A stretch of 64,000 nucleotides of DNA from Lewinellaceae bacterium (lineage in GTDB: Bacteria > Bacteroidota > Bacteroidia > Chitinophagales > Saprospiraceae). A model generated the notes under the pieces. The model was given only the letters and a program-made list of their open reading frames with translations. It had not been told where the DNA came from and did no database searches. Location of the stretch: the NCBI GenBank assembly GCA_040382095.1, contig JBEIGB010000001.1:2269-66268 (forward strand), in the 5' to 3' direction. Positions within the stretch are counted from its first letter, which is position 1, and every line of letters begins with the position of its first letter. Positions 29,829 through 39,608 of the stretch are shown one piece after another. Both the position numbers and the translations under genes were made by a program.

Positions 29829-30833
29829 ATGAAAGCTGTCATTCCTGTCGCAGGGGTAGGCACAAGGCTCCGCCCCCTAACCTATACCCAACCCAAACCC
29901 CTCATCCCCGTAGCAGGAAAACCTATCCTCTCTTTTATCATCGATCAGCTCATTGAGGTCGGCGTCCGGGAATTTATCTTCATTATCGGGTACCTGGGCG
30001 AAAAAATCCGCGATTACGTCGAACAGGCCTATCCCAATATCTCTAAAGTATTCGTCACCCAGAATGAACGGAAAGGCTCAGCCCATGCCCTGTGGACCGC
30101 AAGGGAATCCTTCCGGTATGCCAACGAATTGATCGTCTTCTTCGGCGATGCAATCATAGATATGGACTTCCAAAAGGTACTGAAAGAACCTCATTCCTGT
30201 CTGGGCGTTAAAAAAGTACAAGACCCCAGGGCATTCGGAGTGGTCGAATATGGAGAAGGCAACCAGGTCAAATTCATGGTCGAAAAACCCCGTATCCCAA
30301 AGTCAAACCTCGCTATGGTCGGATTCTACCGGATCCGGGAAGTACCTATGCTGATCGAAGCACTCGAATATAATATCGAAAATAATATTAGCAATGACGG
30401 GGAATTCCCCCTTACCGACGCCCTGATGCACATGATCCAAAATGGCGTTATATTTACAGGGATCGAAGTGGATAACTGGTTTAATTGTGGAAAAAAAGAA
30501 GTACTCCTCCAAACCAATGCGACCTTGCTCGACCGGGAAGGATATGCCTCCTCTAACCTCCCTCCTTTCGATAACTCCATTATTATCCACCCGGTAAGTA
30601 TTGGTGAAAATTGCCATATCGTCAATTCAATTATTGGCCCACACGTCACAATTGGCAATAATGTCCACATCAATTATGCTATAGTCGTGGATTCTATTAT
30701 CGGAAATTTCGCCTCGATAAAGGAAGTTATCCTACAGAAATCTGTCGTCGGCAATGATACCGCAATTACCGGCCTTCGTCAAAGCTTCAATATCGGCGAT
30801 AATACTGAAATTGATTTTAGCCTCCCCGCTTAA
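29829..30833 (+). CDS. Sugar-phosphate nucleotidyltransferase with C-terminal left-handed beta-helix domain
   Basis: The N-terminus MKAVIPVAGVGTRLRPLTYTQPKPLIPVAGKPIL carries the GxGTRL NTP-transferase signature. The C-terminus has hexapeptide-like repeats (IGENCHIVNSIIGPHVTIGNNVHI). Confidence 0.8.
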   Translation: MKAVIPVAGVGTRLRPLTYTQPKPLIPVAGKPILSFIIDQLIEVGVREFIFIIGYLGEKIRDYVEQAYPNISKVFVTQNERKGSAHALWTARESFRYANELIVFFGDAIIDMDFQKVLKEPHSCLGVKKVQDPRAFGVVEYGEGNQVKFMVEKPRIPKSNLAMVGFYRIREVPMLIEALEYNIENNISNDGEFPLTDALMHMIQNGVIFTGIEVDNWFNCGKKEVLLQTNATLLDREGYASSNLPPFDNSIIIHPVSIGENCHIVNSIIGPHVTIGNNVHINYAIVVDSIIGNFASIKEVILQKSVVGNDTAITGLRQSFNIGDNTEIDFSLPA

Positions 30834-32058
30834 TCGCGCTCAGATATCCCCCTCCAACCTGCTTCTTCTTTAATGGCTGCCACTTCAGGTAAGTCCCCGA
30901 ACGCCATAACCACTCCAACGGGCCGTACCGAAAATATCTAAGCCAAATCTTGCTGGCCACTATCTGCAATGCCGTGATTCCTTGCCCAATCAAAACCGCA
31001 CTCCCGGCACCTATACTGCCTATCAACCCCAGGCCCCAGCCAAAAAACACAAAAGTGCCTGCTATCGTCTGACCAATATAATTACTCAATGCCATCCGCC
31101 CGTACGGCTCAAATACCCCAAGAAACTTTCGCGGAACAGAATAGGTAAATAATATCAAAAATGCCGAAACAATAGAACTACTTATCGAAAGATTGGAAAT
31201 GTCCTGTATCGTCAATCCAATAATTGTTCTCCACGACCGTCCGTCAAACCCTTTGAGCAGCGTTGTATGCACAGGAAATAAAAAATACGCAACGAGCAAC
31301 CCTCCTACGAATACAGCATACAACGTATGCTTACGCCTCGAAAACTGCTCAAAAAAACCGTTGCGCCCTAACCAAAGCCCAAGTAAAAACATCGCAAAGG
31401 TCAAATACCCCCGCCCAAAAATGTCAAACTGGAAAGCCATCTTCCCCAGCCAGCCATCCCAAATGTTTAACGCAAAAATGTCGAAAAGACCTCCATTCTT
31501 CGCCACTTGAAAATAATGCGTATTCGCTGCCTCAAATATTGCACGCTCCCCCATGCTCATCGCCGACCCCCACCGGAGCTTCGCCCAAAGCACAAGGTAC
31601 CTGGGTAAACCCAAAATTATTCCGGAAGCCGTCAAAAGTATTACCCAGGATGGTAAGCGGTAAAAAACCACAAGCACAAAACCCAGTAAAGCATATACTG
31701 TAAGGATGTCCCCACGAAAAAAAATATTATGGAACACCCCTATGAAAAAAAGCAGCACAAGCCGCCATAGAAACTTTCCGGCAAATGGCTGCCCTCTGCG
31801 ACCAGCCCGGTCCATCTGTATAAAAAAACTCAGCCCAAACAATAAGGAAAAAATCGTGAAAAATTTGCTCAGAAAAATCGCCCGGTTAACTGCTTTTACC
31901 TGAAGATCTATCGGCGCATGCACCGCATAATCCCCCATCCCCGGCGGCGGATAACCTCCTAAAAATTGCTCCACCATATGTACAATGACAATTCCCCAAA
32001 GCGCAAAGCCACGCAACGCATCAATAACGTGTATCCGGTCATCCGATGCCTGTACCAT
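30817..32058 (-). CDS. DUF418 (YeiB-like) membrane protein
   Basis: RIHVIDALRGFALWGIVIVHMVEQF at the N-terminus, multi-pass, and C-terminal YGPLEWLWR motif. Confidence 0.75.
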   Translation of the reverse strand: MVQASDDRIHVIDALRGFALWGIVIVHMVEQFLGGYPPPGMGDYAVHAPIDLQVKAVNRAIFLSKFFTIFSLLFGLSFFIQMDRAGRRGQPFAGKFLWRLVLLFFIGVFHNIFFRGDILTVYALLGFVLVVFYRLPSWVILLTASGIILGLPRYLVLWAKLRWGSAMSMGERAIFEAANTHYFQVAKNGGLFDIFALNIWDGWLGKMAFQFDIFGRGYLTFAMFLLGLWLGRNGFFEQFSRRKHTLYAVFVGGLLVAYFLFPVHTTLLKGFDGRSWRTIIGLTIQDISNLSISSSIVSAFLILFTYSVPRKFLGVFEPYGRMALSNYIGQTIAGTFVFFGWGLGLIGSIGAGSAVLIGQGITALQIVASKIWLRYFRYGPLEWLWRSGTYLKWQPLKKKQVGGGYLSAIKRGG

Positions 32059-32102
32059 TGAAGTTTTTACTTATTCATTAGATTTGTTCGCGCTGGCATC
32101 GC

Positions 32103-33347
32103 TTATTTTGGTAAAGCCCCTAACACGCGCCCCACTAACCCATCCATCGCATTGCTCTTTATCCATCGCGCAACAATGACCAGGTCATGTACAGGATCTA
32201 CATATACCATATTCGTGCCATTACCCAAATGGTAAAACGATTCGGCAGGGGCGCTGGGTAAAAGCTTTTTCTCTGTGTTCAAAAAGTAATTCATAAAACC
32301 GTACGTCGGCTGCGATGGGGTAGGAGTCAATGCCATCTCCAACCAGCGCTCTGAAATCAATTGCTGATCCTTCCAACGCCCCCGCCGCAAGGTCAGATAA
32401 CCAAAACGTGCCATATCGTAAGCGTTGATAAACATACCCCCGCCCCAATGGCCTCCACCACTCACCGACTGAACCATGCTGCCATCCATTACTACCCAGG
32501 AATCCTTGTACCCAAACCAACGCCAGGTTGCCGAAGCACCTATCGGATCCATGATATTGGTGCGGAGCACCTCCGGCAACGGCCTGCGCCAAATATTCAG
32601 GGCTGCCAAAGAAAGTACGTTTACGCGCACATCATTGTATTCATAAACGCTGCCCGGTATTTGATAGCGCCGCCTATACCACTCCGAAGGATCCGCAGCA
32701 GGCCGATCCGCCCAATCCGGCTTCCCCCAGAGTACTCCCTCCCAGTCACTCGTCTGCCGCAGTAAATGATCCCAGGTAATTTCCTGATTGTGCGCCGTCG
32801 AAAAAAGATCCAATAACATCGGCTGACCAATCCGCTCTGCCCTGTTCGCAAATGGATTTGGCTCCAATACATGCACCGGCGCTTGTGATAAATACACTTT
32901 TTCGTGTATATCCGGGATTAATTTCCGGTCAAATGCTATGCCCACAACCGTCGAAAGAAAACTCTTCGTCACACTATGCGTCATGTCCACACGTGCCGGT
33001 TCTCCCCAGGATGCCACAATATACCCTTTATAAACAATAATCCCGGTAGGCGCCCCACGTTCCTTAAACAACCCGGTGCCATCACCAAAAGGCTCTTTGC
33101 CAAAGGACTGGTAATGGGAAAACTCCATGTTCCTCGGGTTCTCACTTTCCGATTCAATAGCAAAGGCCACCGCATTCCCGATCTCCACACTATCCAGACC
33201 CATTGCCGAAGGCAAACGCTCCTCCCATTCCCTGCCCGGAAAATATACCCCGCTGATCTTGACTGCATTTGCCTTGCCCTGCGCATACCCCCCATGAATA
33301 TCCAATACCTGAATTGCAAGAAACACCAATAAAACGATTGCTCTCAT
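32103..33347 (-). CDS. Secreted serine hydrolase (beta-lactamase/PBP4*-like family)
   Basis: Signal peptide MRAIVLLVFLAIQVL. SxxK motif in THSVTKSFLSTVVG. 414 aa. Confidence 0.75.
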   Translation of the reverse strand: MRAIVLLVFLAIQVLDIHGGYAQGKANAVKISGVYFPGREWEERLPSAMGLDSVEIGNAVAFAIESESENPRNMEFSHYQSFGKEPFGDGTGLFKERGAPTGIIVYKGYIVASWGEPARVDMTHSVTKSFLSTVVGIAFDRKLIPDIHEKVYLSQAPVHVLEPNPFANRAERIGQPMLLDLFSTAHNQEITWDHLLRQTSDWEGVLWGKPDWADRPAADPSEWYRRRYQIPGSVYEYNDVRVNVLSLAALNIWRRPLPEVLRTNIMDPIGASATWRWFGYKDSWVVMDGSMVQSVSGGGHWGGGMFINAYDMARFGYLTLRRGRWKDQQLISERWLEMALTPTPSQPTYGFMNYFLNTEKKLLPSAPAESFYHLGNGTNMVYVDPVHDLVIVARWIKSNAMDGLVGRVLGALPK

Positions 33348-33419
33348 ATTGATTTATTGTGAGATCATTTCTCTGACAGCAAAAATTATTTTGAATGAGC
33401 CTGTCTCATAAACGTGGGG

Positions 33420-33494
33420 TTGTGAAAAAGCCCCGTGGCTGTCCTTTGACCGCGCAAGCCGCCAAAAATTATTTCCAACAGGGCTTTTTCATAA
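33420..33494. repeat. Intergenic inverted-repeat element (termini TTGTGAAAAAGCCC / GGGCTTTTTCATAA)
   Basis: 14-nt arms at 33420-33433 and 33481-33494 match 13/14, separated by 47 nt. The element lies between the stop of the M28 peptidase gene and the start of the serine hydrolase gene. The left terminus resembles the elements at 45484 and 51749. Confidence 0.55.
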
Positions 33495-33514
33495 CTGTTT
33501 GCCGCCTTCAATAC

Positions 33515-35092
33515 TTAATTTCCTGATCCTGCAGGACGCACGGTAGGGGCAGGTTTCCTCGGAAGCATGCCATCACGCATCGCAGAATGCATTACAAATG
33601 AAGCGATGACTGTTGCAGCCTGTTTAAGATCTTCTTCTACAAGATGGTCCCAATTATCCATATTGGAGTGGTGCGTCCGCGTTGAATAAGCAATCGGATC
33701 TTGAATGAACTGAAAACCAGGGATGCCCACTGCGTCGAAAGCAAGGTGGTCTGTACCGCCTGTATTGGACAACGTGAGCGTATTGGCACCAAGATCTTTA
33801 AATGCATCAAGCCAGGCACGGAATACAGGAGCCACCGCACTATTGCCCTGCAGATACACTCCCCTGACTTTACCTGTGCCATTGTCCAGATTATAATAGG
33901 CAGAAACCTTGGCCTGGCCAGGCTTCACTTCCTGAAAGCTACCATCTGGTGCTGTCACCGCAAAATGCTCGCGTACATAAGCCCTGGAACCCAATAACCC
34001 CTGCTCTTCCCCAGTCCATAATGCCAGCCGCAACGTACGGCGCGGACGTATTCCTGTTTCTTTGATGGTTTGAAGTAATATACGGGCCGCTTCCATCATC
34101 ACCGCCGACCCCGCAGCATTATCCGTCGCCCCGGTCCCCGTATGCCAGGAGTCAAGATGGGCTCCAAACATGACCACCTCGTCTTTAAGGTCGGTACCCG
34201 GGATCTCTGCAATAACATTATGCTCCATTTCGTCCGGATTGGTATAGTTGGCCTTGAGCTCCATGGAAACAGTAACCGGAATACCCTTCTGGAGCAATCG
34301 GAACAGCCGGTTATAATGCTCTACAGAAACGGTTGCCTGTGGGATGATTTTTGCATCCTTGGCTTGTACACGCCCCTCGGCCGCACGTGCCCCAGTAGCA
34401 AATACCGTCCCCAGATCCCCCTTATAACTCCTGTCGAGAATGGCTGCAGGCTGCTCTTCGGTCAGGAATTTCCACAACTGGTTGTTAAAAGAAAATCCCC
34501 CAAGGCGGTTATAGTCGCGGTCCGGACGGGGACCCGGAGCCGGTGCATTGGCCATATCGAGCAACTCGCTGTTATCAAGGCGCTTTGCAGGCGCGTCCAT
34601 CCATTCCGTTACCTCCCGCAATGTATCTAAAAGAATAAATTTTCCCTTGATCTTCCCCTTGTAGTTCGCTAAATCTGCTTCACTGTTGGCTTGTAAATAT
34701 ATGACCTCTCCCGTCACCATCCCGTTTGTCGAGGGCGACCAGGCTTTGGGGTAGGCGATGATGGGGAAATAGTTCGGGGTCCTGGCATGCATCTGAAAAT
34801 ATGTCATTTCCCATCCACGGCCAAACGGGCCCCATACCTCCGTATGTACGTTTTCCATGCCCCACTCCTTGAGCGTCTTTTGTGCCCATTCCGTCGCTTT
34901 TTCCAACATCGGCGAGCCGGTAAGCCTGGGCCCATATACATCCGTCATCCAACCCGCGATCTCCATGACTTTACCCTGCTCCAGCCCGTGCTTGCGGATC
35001 GCCTCATTTAACCTGGCATCCACGGGCTCCTGTGCAGATGTACTATGCAATACGATGCTAATAAGCACCATCACAAATAAAAAATGCTTCAT
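33515..35092 (-). CDS. M28 family metallopeptidase (aminopeptidase) with PA-like insert
   Basis: Signal peptide present. Zinc-ligand region AHLDSWHTGTGATDNAAGSAVMMEAARIL...WTGEEQGLLGS. Confidence 0.8.
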   Translation of the reverse strand: MKHFLFVMVLISIVLHSTSAQEPVDARLNEAIRKHGLEQGKVMEIAGWMTDVYGPRLTGSPMLEKATEWAQKTLKEWGMENVHTEVWGPFGRGWEMTYFQMHARTPNYFPIIAYPKAWSPSTNGMVTGEVIYLQANSEADLANYKGKIKGKFILLDTLREVTEWMDAPAKRLDNSELLDMANAPAPGPRPDRDYNRLGGFSFNNQLWKFLTEEQPAAILDRSYKGDLGTVFATGARAAEGRVQAKDAKIIPQATVSVEHYNRLFRLLQKGIPVTVSMELKANYTNPDEMEHNVIAEIPGTDLKDEVVMFGAHLDSWHTGTGATDNAAGSAVMMEAARILLQTIKETGIRPRRTLRLALWTGEEQGLLGSRAYVREHFAVTAPDGSFQEVKPGQAKVSAYYNLDNGTGKVRGVYLQGNSAVAPVFRAWLDAFKDLGANTLTLSNTGGTDHLAFDAVGIPGFQFIQDPIAYSTRTHHSNMDNWDHLVEEDLKQAATVIASFVMHSAMRDGMLPRKPAPTVRPAGSGN

Positions 35093-35121
35093 TTGCCAAT
35101 TATTTTTAGGTGAAAAAGAAC

Positions 35122-36498
35122 TTATTCTTCCTGGGCGTATAAAGGTATCCCGGCAAGGTTCAACAAACTGATCTCAATTTGCTTTAAGCGGTAAAGGTTT
35201 TGAATGACCCGGTCGTTGGCCTGGATTCCCTGCAAAATAGCTTCGCGGACTTCAAAATTAGTGGTGCGGCCCAGGCGGTATAATTCCCGTGCCAACGTTG
35301 CTTGCTCTTCCGCAACTTTAAGGTTGAGCGCTTCTAAATCGGCCAACTGCCGAAGTGCCTGGTAATCCCCATAACGCGTCCGGATTTGTCCTTCTACAAT
35401 CTGACGCAGCTCTGATTCCCGCAATGCAGCATTCTCCTCTGCAATACGGGCGTTGGCAATATTCCGGGTACGATTGTCGCCATCGTAAATATTGTAGCGT
35501 AAGGTCAGCCCAATTGTGGGGCCAAAGTTCCTGTTGGAAAGCAAAAAACCAATATCGTTTCGCTGAAAGTTATAGTTCAGTGTTCCTTGCAAACTCAATT
35601 CGGGCCATAAGTTGCTTTTAAGACCTGATGTGGATAATGCCGCAAGCTCCCGCTCAATCCTGCTTAGCAACAAGCCCGGGTTGGCTTGCCGCCCACGCTC
35701 CAACAACTCGTCCAGACTGGGAAGAAGTGCGCTGCTCAATGCACTATCCACCTGAAACCCCTCATCTACAGACCGGTTAAGCAGCTGATTGAAATTCTTC
35801 CGGGCACGCTGGATATCCGTCTCCAACTGCACAAGCCGCGCACTGTCTGCCGTAAACCGCGACCGCGACTGCAATAGTTCGAGCCCGGTCGCCGTTCCAA
35901 TCCGTTTCTTATTTTCTACAAGCTGTAGTAAATCCCGGTCCAGACTTACCGCATACCGCAAATTATCCGTGGACAATTCAAGCTGAACGAGGTTGTAGTA
36001 CGCATCCAGTATGCGTGCTGCCAGGTCCTGCATCTGTGCCGTCGTCTGTATGCGGCTCTGCGATTCAAGCGCCTGTAACCGATCTTGCTCCACAAACATC
36101 CGGAACCCATCGAACGCGGTCCAATTCACTTCAAGACCCGTGCGAAAGCTGATATTGCTTGCCCCCTTGCCCCCACGTGTCTCCCCATTGAAAAACTTCT
36201 GCTCGGTATTGTTGACCGCATACGATGCCGTCCCAACGGTAGAAATAGTGGGTAGCATCCCCGCATTACCAGGTGTATTGTTGTTGCTGGCAACAGCTTC
36301 CTGATTGCGTAGTATCCTGATGCTGAAATTTTGCTCTATCCCAATTTTTACAGCATCCTGCGCACTCAATACCTCCTGCGCGCTTAACCCCGAAAAACCA
36401 AAGCCTATCGCTATACAAGTATGTACAAAAAATACCCTGGAAATATATTTGCCGCCCAAGCGGTAATTTGAAATATTTTTATTGTCCATTTTCAACAT
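35122..36498 (-). CDS. TolC-family outer-membrane efflux protein
   Basis: 458 aa with a repeated alpha-helical/beta-barrel TolC pattern. It is the last gene of the MFP-RND-OMP operon. Confidence 0.85.
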   Translation of the reverse strand: MLKMDNKNISNYRLGGKYISRVFFVHTCIAIGFGFSGLSAQEVLSAQDAVKIGIEQNFSIRILRNQEAVASNNNTPGNAGMLPTISTVGTASYAVNNTEQKFFNGETRGGKGASNISFRTGLEVNWTAFDGFRMFVEQDRLQALESQSRIQTTAQMQDLAARILDAYYNLVQLELSTDNLRYAVSLDRDLLQLVENKKRIGTATGLELLQSRSRFTADSARLVQLETDIQRARKNFNQLLNRSVDEGFQVDSALSSALLPSLDELLERGRQANPGLLLSRIERELAALSTSGLKSNLWPELSLQGTLNYNFQRNDIGFLLSNRNFGPTIGLTLRYNIYDGDNRTRNIANARIAEENAALRESELRQIVEGQIRTRYGDYQALRQLADLEALNLKVAEEQATLARELYRLGRTTNFEVREAILQGIQANDRVIQNLYRLKQIEISLLNLAGIPLYAQEE

Positions 36499-36509
36499 TT
36501 TCCTTTGAT

Positions 36510-39500
36510 TCAGATGTTTCCCTCGACAAGCTCGGCCTTCTTGCTCTCTTCTTCAACAATTTTCGCTTTTTCCGATCTGTTGAAAAATGGATAAATGGCA
36601 GGAATGACATACAAGGTCAATACAAGCGAAAATAACAACCCGCCAATAATGGCTACCCCCATCGGTATCCTGCTCGTAGCTGCAGCACCTAAGGCCAGCG
36701 CAATGGGCAACACCCCCAAAATAGTGGCAATACTCGTCATCAAAATTGGACGAAGGCGAAGTGTGGCAGATAAAATCGCCGCATCCCGCGGACTCATGCC
36801 ATCTTCTTTTTTCTGGTTGGCAAACTCCACAATCAATATCCCATTTTTAGTGACAATACCGACCAATACAATGATACCGATCTGACTGAATATATTCAGG
36901 GTATGCCCGAAATACCACAATGCAGCCAAAGCCCCCGTTAATGCCAGTGGAACAGTAATCATGATAATCAAAGGATCAAAAAAGCTTTCAAACTGCGCGG
37001 CTAGCGTCAGGTAAACCAATACCAGCGCCAGTAAAAAGGCGAAATATAACCCGCTCGAACTCTCTTTGAAATCCTTTGAAGCACCAGAAAGTGCCGTTTG
37101 GAACGATTCGTCTAAAACCCGTTTTGCAATTTCGTCCATCGCCTCGATACCCTGGCCCAAAGTGTATCCCTCCGCCATGCCCGCAGATACCGTCGCAGAT
37201 AAATACCGGTTAAAACGGTACAACTGAGGAGGACTGGATTCTTCCACAAAGCGCACTAAATTGCTCAACGGAATCAACTCTCCACGGGTGCTGCGCACGA
37301 ATAAAACAGAAAGGTCGCCCGGATCGTCCCGGTAAGGCCGTGCTGCTTCTCCGATAACCTCGTACTGCTTGCTGTCCCGGATAAAAAACCCATAGCGCGT
37401 ACCACTCAGGTAAAGCTGGAGCGTCTCCGCAATATCCCTGACCGTAACGCCGAGCTGTCGTGCCCGCTCACGGTCTATATCTATCCGGATTTCCGGCTTG
37501 TTGAATTTCAGGTCAAGATCAGAAATTGCAAAAGCAGGATGCTTCCCCACTTCTTCCATGAAACGTGGAATCGCTTCCTTCAACTTCTCAAAATTTGGTG
37601 CCTGGATCACAAATTGAACTGGTAGCCCGCGCTGGTTCCGGTCCACGCTGATCGTCTGCTCCTGTGCAATAAACGCCCTGGCGTAATTCAACCTGCCCAA
37701 CTGAGGGAACACACTCTTTACAATATCGTCCTGGCTCCGCTCCCGCTCATGCGGCCGCAACAGCGATACGTTTACAAAAGCCGAATTGACCGAAGTGGAA
37801 GCGCCAAAACCCGGTGAAGTAACTGCTGTATATGCACGCTTCTCGGGAATCTGCTCAACAATCTTAAGTACCTCAAGCTGATATCGGTCCATCATTTCAT
37901 ACGATGTGCCCTCCGGAGCTGTAGAAATAATCCGGAAGCTACTCTTGTCCTCCATCGGCGCAAGCTCAGAAGGGATTTTTTTACCAAACGCAAAAATCCC
38001 ATACCCACAAATCGCTACGATAACCCACGCCAGCCAATTCACGCGCATAAACCTGCTCAACGAACGGTTGTATGCTTCTGTCATCCCTGTAAAAAACCGC
38101 TCCGTGAAAAGGAAAAACCGACTGTGCTTCTGCTGCCGCAAAAGCCGTGAACTCATCATCGGGGTTAACGTCAGCGATACCAGGGTAGATATGATAATCG
38201 CACCTGCTACGACTACCCCAAATTCGCGAAACAACCTACCCGTCAAACCCTGTAGGAAAATAATGGGGAGAAATACAATCACAAGCGTCACAGAAGTGGC
38301 AATAATCGCAAAATATATCTCCTTCGATCCCTCGTGTGCCGCTTCTCTGGGTTCCTGGCCCTCTTCTATCCTCCGAAAAATATTTTCCATCATGACAATC
38401 GCATCATCCACTACCAACCCCGTGGACAATACGATACCCAGCAACGTCAATACATTGATAGAATATCCAAACAAATACATGACGAAAAACGAACCGATCA
38501 ACGAAATCGGAATTGCTACCACCGGGATTAACGTCGTGCGCCAGGTCCGCAGAAAAAATAAAATCACCAGTACGACAAGCCCAAATGCAATTAAAATCGT
38601 CTCCTCGACCTCAGATATTCCCTGCCGGATATTAAGCGTAGTATCAAAGGCATAATCAAGCTGAATATCTGGCGGGGCACTTTTCTTTAACTCCTCGATG
38701 CGCTTGTACGCCTCGTCTGCAATATCAATGTAATTCGCACCAGGCAATGGCGTGATCGCCACCCCCATCATAGGAATCATGCCCTTTCCCCGAAGAATAC
38801 TGCGCACGTTTTGTGGCTCCAGGTCAACATTGGCAACATCCTTGAGCTGAACGACAGAACCCCGCTCCTCCCGGAGCACAAGCTCAGCAAATTCTTGCGG
38901 AGAGTTGAGCCTCCCCTGGGTACGCACACTGAGCTCAGTGCGGTAACCCTCGATCTTCCCGGAAGGAAGCTCCAGGTTCTGCCGCTGTAGTGCGTTGCGC
39001 ACATCTATCGGCGTTAGCCCATACCCCGCAAGTTTTACAGGGTCGAGCTTAATCCGGATCGCATACTTTTTTTCTCCCCATATCCGAACCCCCGATACTC
39101 CAGGTATCGTCTGGACTCTTTCCTTGATCACATTGTTCGCATATTCGCTCAGCGACATCAGATCCCGCTTATTGCTCTGCACCGTCACCGCAAGAATCGG
39201 GGAAGCATTGGCATCCGCCTTCGAAACAATCGGCGGATCGGCATCCGGAGGCAGCAGCCGTTGCGCTTGTGAAACTTTGTCCCGTACATCGTTGGCAGCC
39301 GCCTCAAGATCGGTACCCAACTCAAACTCCACCGTTATGCTGCTCCGGCCAGGTGCACTCGTACTCGACAATGACCGGATACCGGCAATCCCGTTGAGCG
39401 ATTCCTCCAACGGTTCCGTAAGCTGGGATTCAATAACGTCTGCATTCGCTCCCGTATAATTCGTCGAAACGGAAATAACCGGCGGGTCAACACTTGGGTA

Positions 39501-39608
39501 TTCCCTTAGACCAAGAAATGAAAACCCAATGATGCCAAATAACAGGATGACAATGGAAATTACCGTTGCCAACACAGGCCGTTCAATACTTACTGATGCT
39601 AAGCTCAT
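36510..39608 (-). CDS. RND efflux transporter permease (AcrB/HAE1 family)
   Basis: 1032 aa with 12-TM topology and two large loops. Conserved VVDDAIVMMENI and IVTKNGILIVEFAN motifs. Confidence 0.95.
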   Translation of the reverse strand: MSLASVSIERPVLATVISIVILLFGIIGFSFLGLREYPSVDPPVISVSTNYTGANADVIESQLTEPLEESLNGIAGIRSLSSTSAPGRSSITVEFELGTDLEAAANDVRDKVSQAQRLLPPDADPPIVSKADANASPILAVTVQSNKRDLMSLSEYANNVIKERVQTIPGVSGVRIWGEKKYAIRIKLDPVKLAGYGLTPIDVRNALQRQNLELPSGKIEGYRTELSVRTQGRLNSPQEFAELVLREERGSVVQLKDVANVDLEPQNVRSILRGKGMIPMMGVAITPLPGANYIDIADEAYKRIEELKKSAPPDIQLDYAFDTTLNIRQGISEVEETILIAFGLVVLVILFFLRTWRTTLIPVVAIPISLIGSFFVMYLFGYSINVLTLLGIVLSTGLVVDDAIVMMENIFRRIEEGQEPREAAHEGSKEIYFAIIATSVTLVIVFLPIIFLQGLTGRLFREFGVVVAGAIIISTLVSLTLTPMMSSRLLRQQKHSRFFLFTERFFTGMTEAYNRSLSRFMRVNWLAWVIVAICGYGIFAFGKKIPSELAPMEDKSSFRIISTAPEGTSYEMMDRYQLEVLKIVEQIPEKRAYTAVTSPGFGASTSVNSAFVNVSLLRPHERERSQDDIVKSVFPQLGRLNYARAFIAQEQTISVDRNQRGLPVQFVIQAPNFEKLKEAIPRFMEEVGKHPAFAISDLDLKFNKPEIRIDIDRERARQLGVTVRDIAETLQLYLSGTRYGFFIRDSKQYEVIGEAARPYRDDPGDLSVLFVRSTRGELIPLSNLVRFVEESSPPQLYRFNRYLSATVSAGMAEGYTLGQGIEAMDEIAKRVLDESFQTALSGASKDFKESSSGLYFAFLLALVLVYLTLAAQFESFFDPLIIMITVPLALTGALAALWYFGHTLNIFSQIGIIVLVGIVTKNGILIVEFANQKKEDGMSPRDAAILSATLRLRPILMTSIATILGVLPIALALGAAATSRIPMGVAIIGGLLFSLVLTLYVIPAIYPFFNRSEKAKIVEEESKKAELVEGNI

